Positions 61,715-64,000 of a DNA stretch of 64,000 nt are shown here, piece after piece. The DNA lies in contig NC_058383.1 in NCBI RefSeq assembly GCF_018350175.1, forward strand, positions 26,662,001 to 26,726,000. Reading direction: 5' to 3'. Positions within the stretch are counted from its first letter, which is position 1. The number at the start of each line of letters is the position of its first letter. The stretch comes from Felis catus. Its lineage: Eukaryota. The notes beneath the pieces are model-generated. The model made no database searches and was not told the DNA's origin. It worked only from the letters and a program-made list of their open reading frames with translations. The position numbers and the translations under genes are program-made.

Positions 61715-62870
61715 TGTCTAATGCTATTTAAATTCACTTATTGGAAAACTTGTGTTTTTGCAACAACTTGGCTATATATGTTTACTTATTTTATTTTATT
61801 TTTATTTTTTTAAAGTTTATTTATTTTGAGAGAGAGACAGAGAGAGTGAGTGGGGGAGGCGCAGAGAGAGAGAGGGAGAGAGAAAATTCCAAGCAGGCTC
61901 CGCACTCTCAGTGCAGAGCCTGATGCGGGGCTCAACGCCACAAACTGTGAGATCATGACCTGAGGTGAAACCAAGAGTTGAACGCTTAACCACCTGAGCC
62001 ACCTAGGTGCCCCTACATTTACTTTTTAACTTGCAAGTTTTATGAAACCTGAAAATGCATCAAGTATTTCCAATGAAAATTTAACATCTGAATTGAGATG
62101 TGTTGCCTATGGAAAGTACACAGTGGGTTAAGAAAAAAATGAATATAAAATATCTCAATAATAATTATAAAATATTGATTACATGTTAAAATGATAATTA
62201 AAATAATTAATAATAATAATAATTAAAATATACTTAACTTCTTATGTATCTTTTTAGAATAACAGCTTAATTGATATATAATTCATATATAATTCACCAT
62301 TTGGAGTGTACAATCTGATTTTTAGTATATTCACAGTTGTGTAACCATCACTACAATCAATTCTAGAACAGTTCCATCCCTAAAATGAAACCCCCAAGCC
62401 CATTAATAATCGCTCATCGTTGTCCCCAACCCTCCTGGCCCTAGGAGACCACTAACCCACTTTCTATCTTTATGGATTGGTCTTTTCTGGATATGTCATA
62501 TAAATGGCATCATATGATATGTAGTCTTGTGTGTGGTTTCTTTCACTTAACATAATGTTTTCAAGGTTCATCTGCATTGTAGCATGGATCAGTACTCCAT
62601 TCCTTTTTGTTGTGGAATAATATTCTATTATGTACTACAGTTTGTTGATGGACATTTGGTTTGTTTTCACTTTTTGGCTCTAGTGAATGATGCTGATAGA
62701 ACATTTGTATACATGTTTTGTGTGGACCATGATTTGATTTCTCCTGGGTATATATGGAGGAGCGGAATTGCTGAGTTGTTTTTTTTTTTTTTTTTTTTTT
62801 TTACTTTATTGGTTGCAAGACAATTTAAAATTACAATTGTGGCTTGCATTATTTCTTTTGCACAGTGCTG
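61715..62870. mobile_element. Charlie1/MER33-like hAT element split by a CanSINE (-, about 61787-62013) and an L1M 3' end (-, about 62250-62775)
   Basis: aaaatttaacatctgaattgagatgtg..aaatatctcaataat..attgattacatgtt; terminal gtggcttgcattatttcttttgcacagtgctg. Confidence 0.7.
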
Positions 62871-63802
62871 GTCTAACCACATCAAATTTCCTCAGGAGAC
62901 CCCATTCTGCTGAGTAAAGGGAAAATATTTAAATTTGCCAATTAGAAGTATCTGTCTCTTCCAGTTTCAAAAAGTTTTTTTTTTTTTTTCTACGTAAAAC
63001 AATCTTTTTCCGGTAAATATTCAGCTGGTTTAAAAATCCATTTCCCTTTTGGGACCATTTCTCTTTCTTGTCCTACCTGCTTCCAAAGATGGTATTCCAG
63101 AGAGAGCTTGGGGAGAGGCCAGTGTTCCCACTTTCTCCTTGGGGTCTTCATTAGTGCTGGGAAGTATGGTTGATTTGGTCTTGGCCCTGGGGATCTGGCA
63201 GGCTTGTCCATGAGGAGTGGTGGAAGAAGCCTCCAGGAGGAGAAGTGTCCGGCCTCTGCTTAACTCAGTGTGTCTCTTGCCATTTACCCTTAGCTCTGGT
63301 GCCTCCATGTTGACTCAGGGACAAGTCATGAGGTTTCTCCAGCCAACTCCCTGCCTACATGCCTCCCTTAGACCTTTCCAAACTCATGCAACTCTAGCAC
63401 CATGCTAAAATGGAAAACTGTTCTAGGGGATGAGAATGTTCTCAAAATAATACACCTGAGAGGTCAGAAGCAAGTCTTCCTGTGCTGGTGATTCCCCAGA
63501 ATTATCTGGACATTTCCATCTCTTCTTCCTTTCCATTCCAAGGAAGAAGCCAGGTGATTTCACTGGATTTGGCAAGATTCTTGGAGACCTGGATTTTAAA
63601 AATTATAAATAATGTGTTTTTAGTTATCCAGGTATATACATTGTTGCATATGTAATAAGCACAATCAGCAAACTGTACACTTAATATGGGTGCATTTTAT
63701 TCTATACAAATTGTGTCTCACTAAAATTGAGTTAAGGAGAGAACAAGTCAGATTTATATACGTTACACTAGGAAGATATTTATGATACAGCATTGCGATA
63801 TA

Positions 63803-64000
63803 TTTTATTTATTTATTTTTAATGTTTATTTTTGAGTGAGAAAGAGACAGAGAGTGAGTGGGGGAGGGGCAGAGAGAGAAACACAGAATCCGAAGCAGGC
63901 TCCAGGCTCTAAGCCGTCAGCACAGAGCCTGATGCGGGACTTGAACCCATAAACCGTCAGATCATGAACTGAGCTGAAGTCTGATGCTTAACTGACTGAG
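63803..64000 (-). mobile_element. CanSINE running off the window edge
   Basis: gaatccgaagcaggctccaggctc..gagctgaagtctgatgcttaactgactgag. Confidence 0.92.

Overview
Repeat-rich mammalian DNA, almost certainly from a cat or other felid: it carries about 39 tRNA-derived CanSINEs (including the young Felidae SINEC_Fc type) and felid-type L1 3' ends, alongside ancient eutherian repeats (L1M, L2, MIR, MLT1/ERVL LTRs, hAT MERs). I find no credible protein-coding exon of a gene I recognise; the ORF track is explained by L1 ORF2 remnants, SINEs, microsatellites and chance. The window reads as a large intron or gene-poor regulatory region. Main observations: (1) a tailless, 3'-truncated 5S rRNA retropseudogene with a 16-bp TSD inside a MER5A; (2) a CTCF site with both the core and the upstream motif at about 18.8 kb, and a second core at about 53.5 kb; (3) a chain of strong minus-strand splice signals ending in a poly(A)-signalled terminal exon, suggesting a possibly unannotated spliced lncRNA or smORF transcript; (4) an 84-nt plus-strand exon candidate; (5) several homeodomain/POU/SOX/TCF motif clusters in unique sequence; (6) multi-level nested retroinsertions, very young SINEs and a SINE strand bias. 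Repeat family names come from recalled consensus sequences, and boundaries without a TSD are approximate. No novel biological system can be established from the sequence alone.
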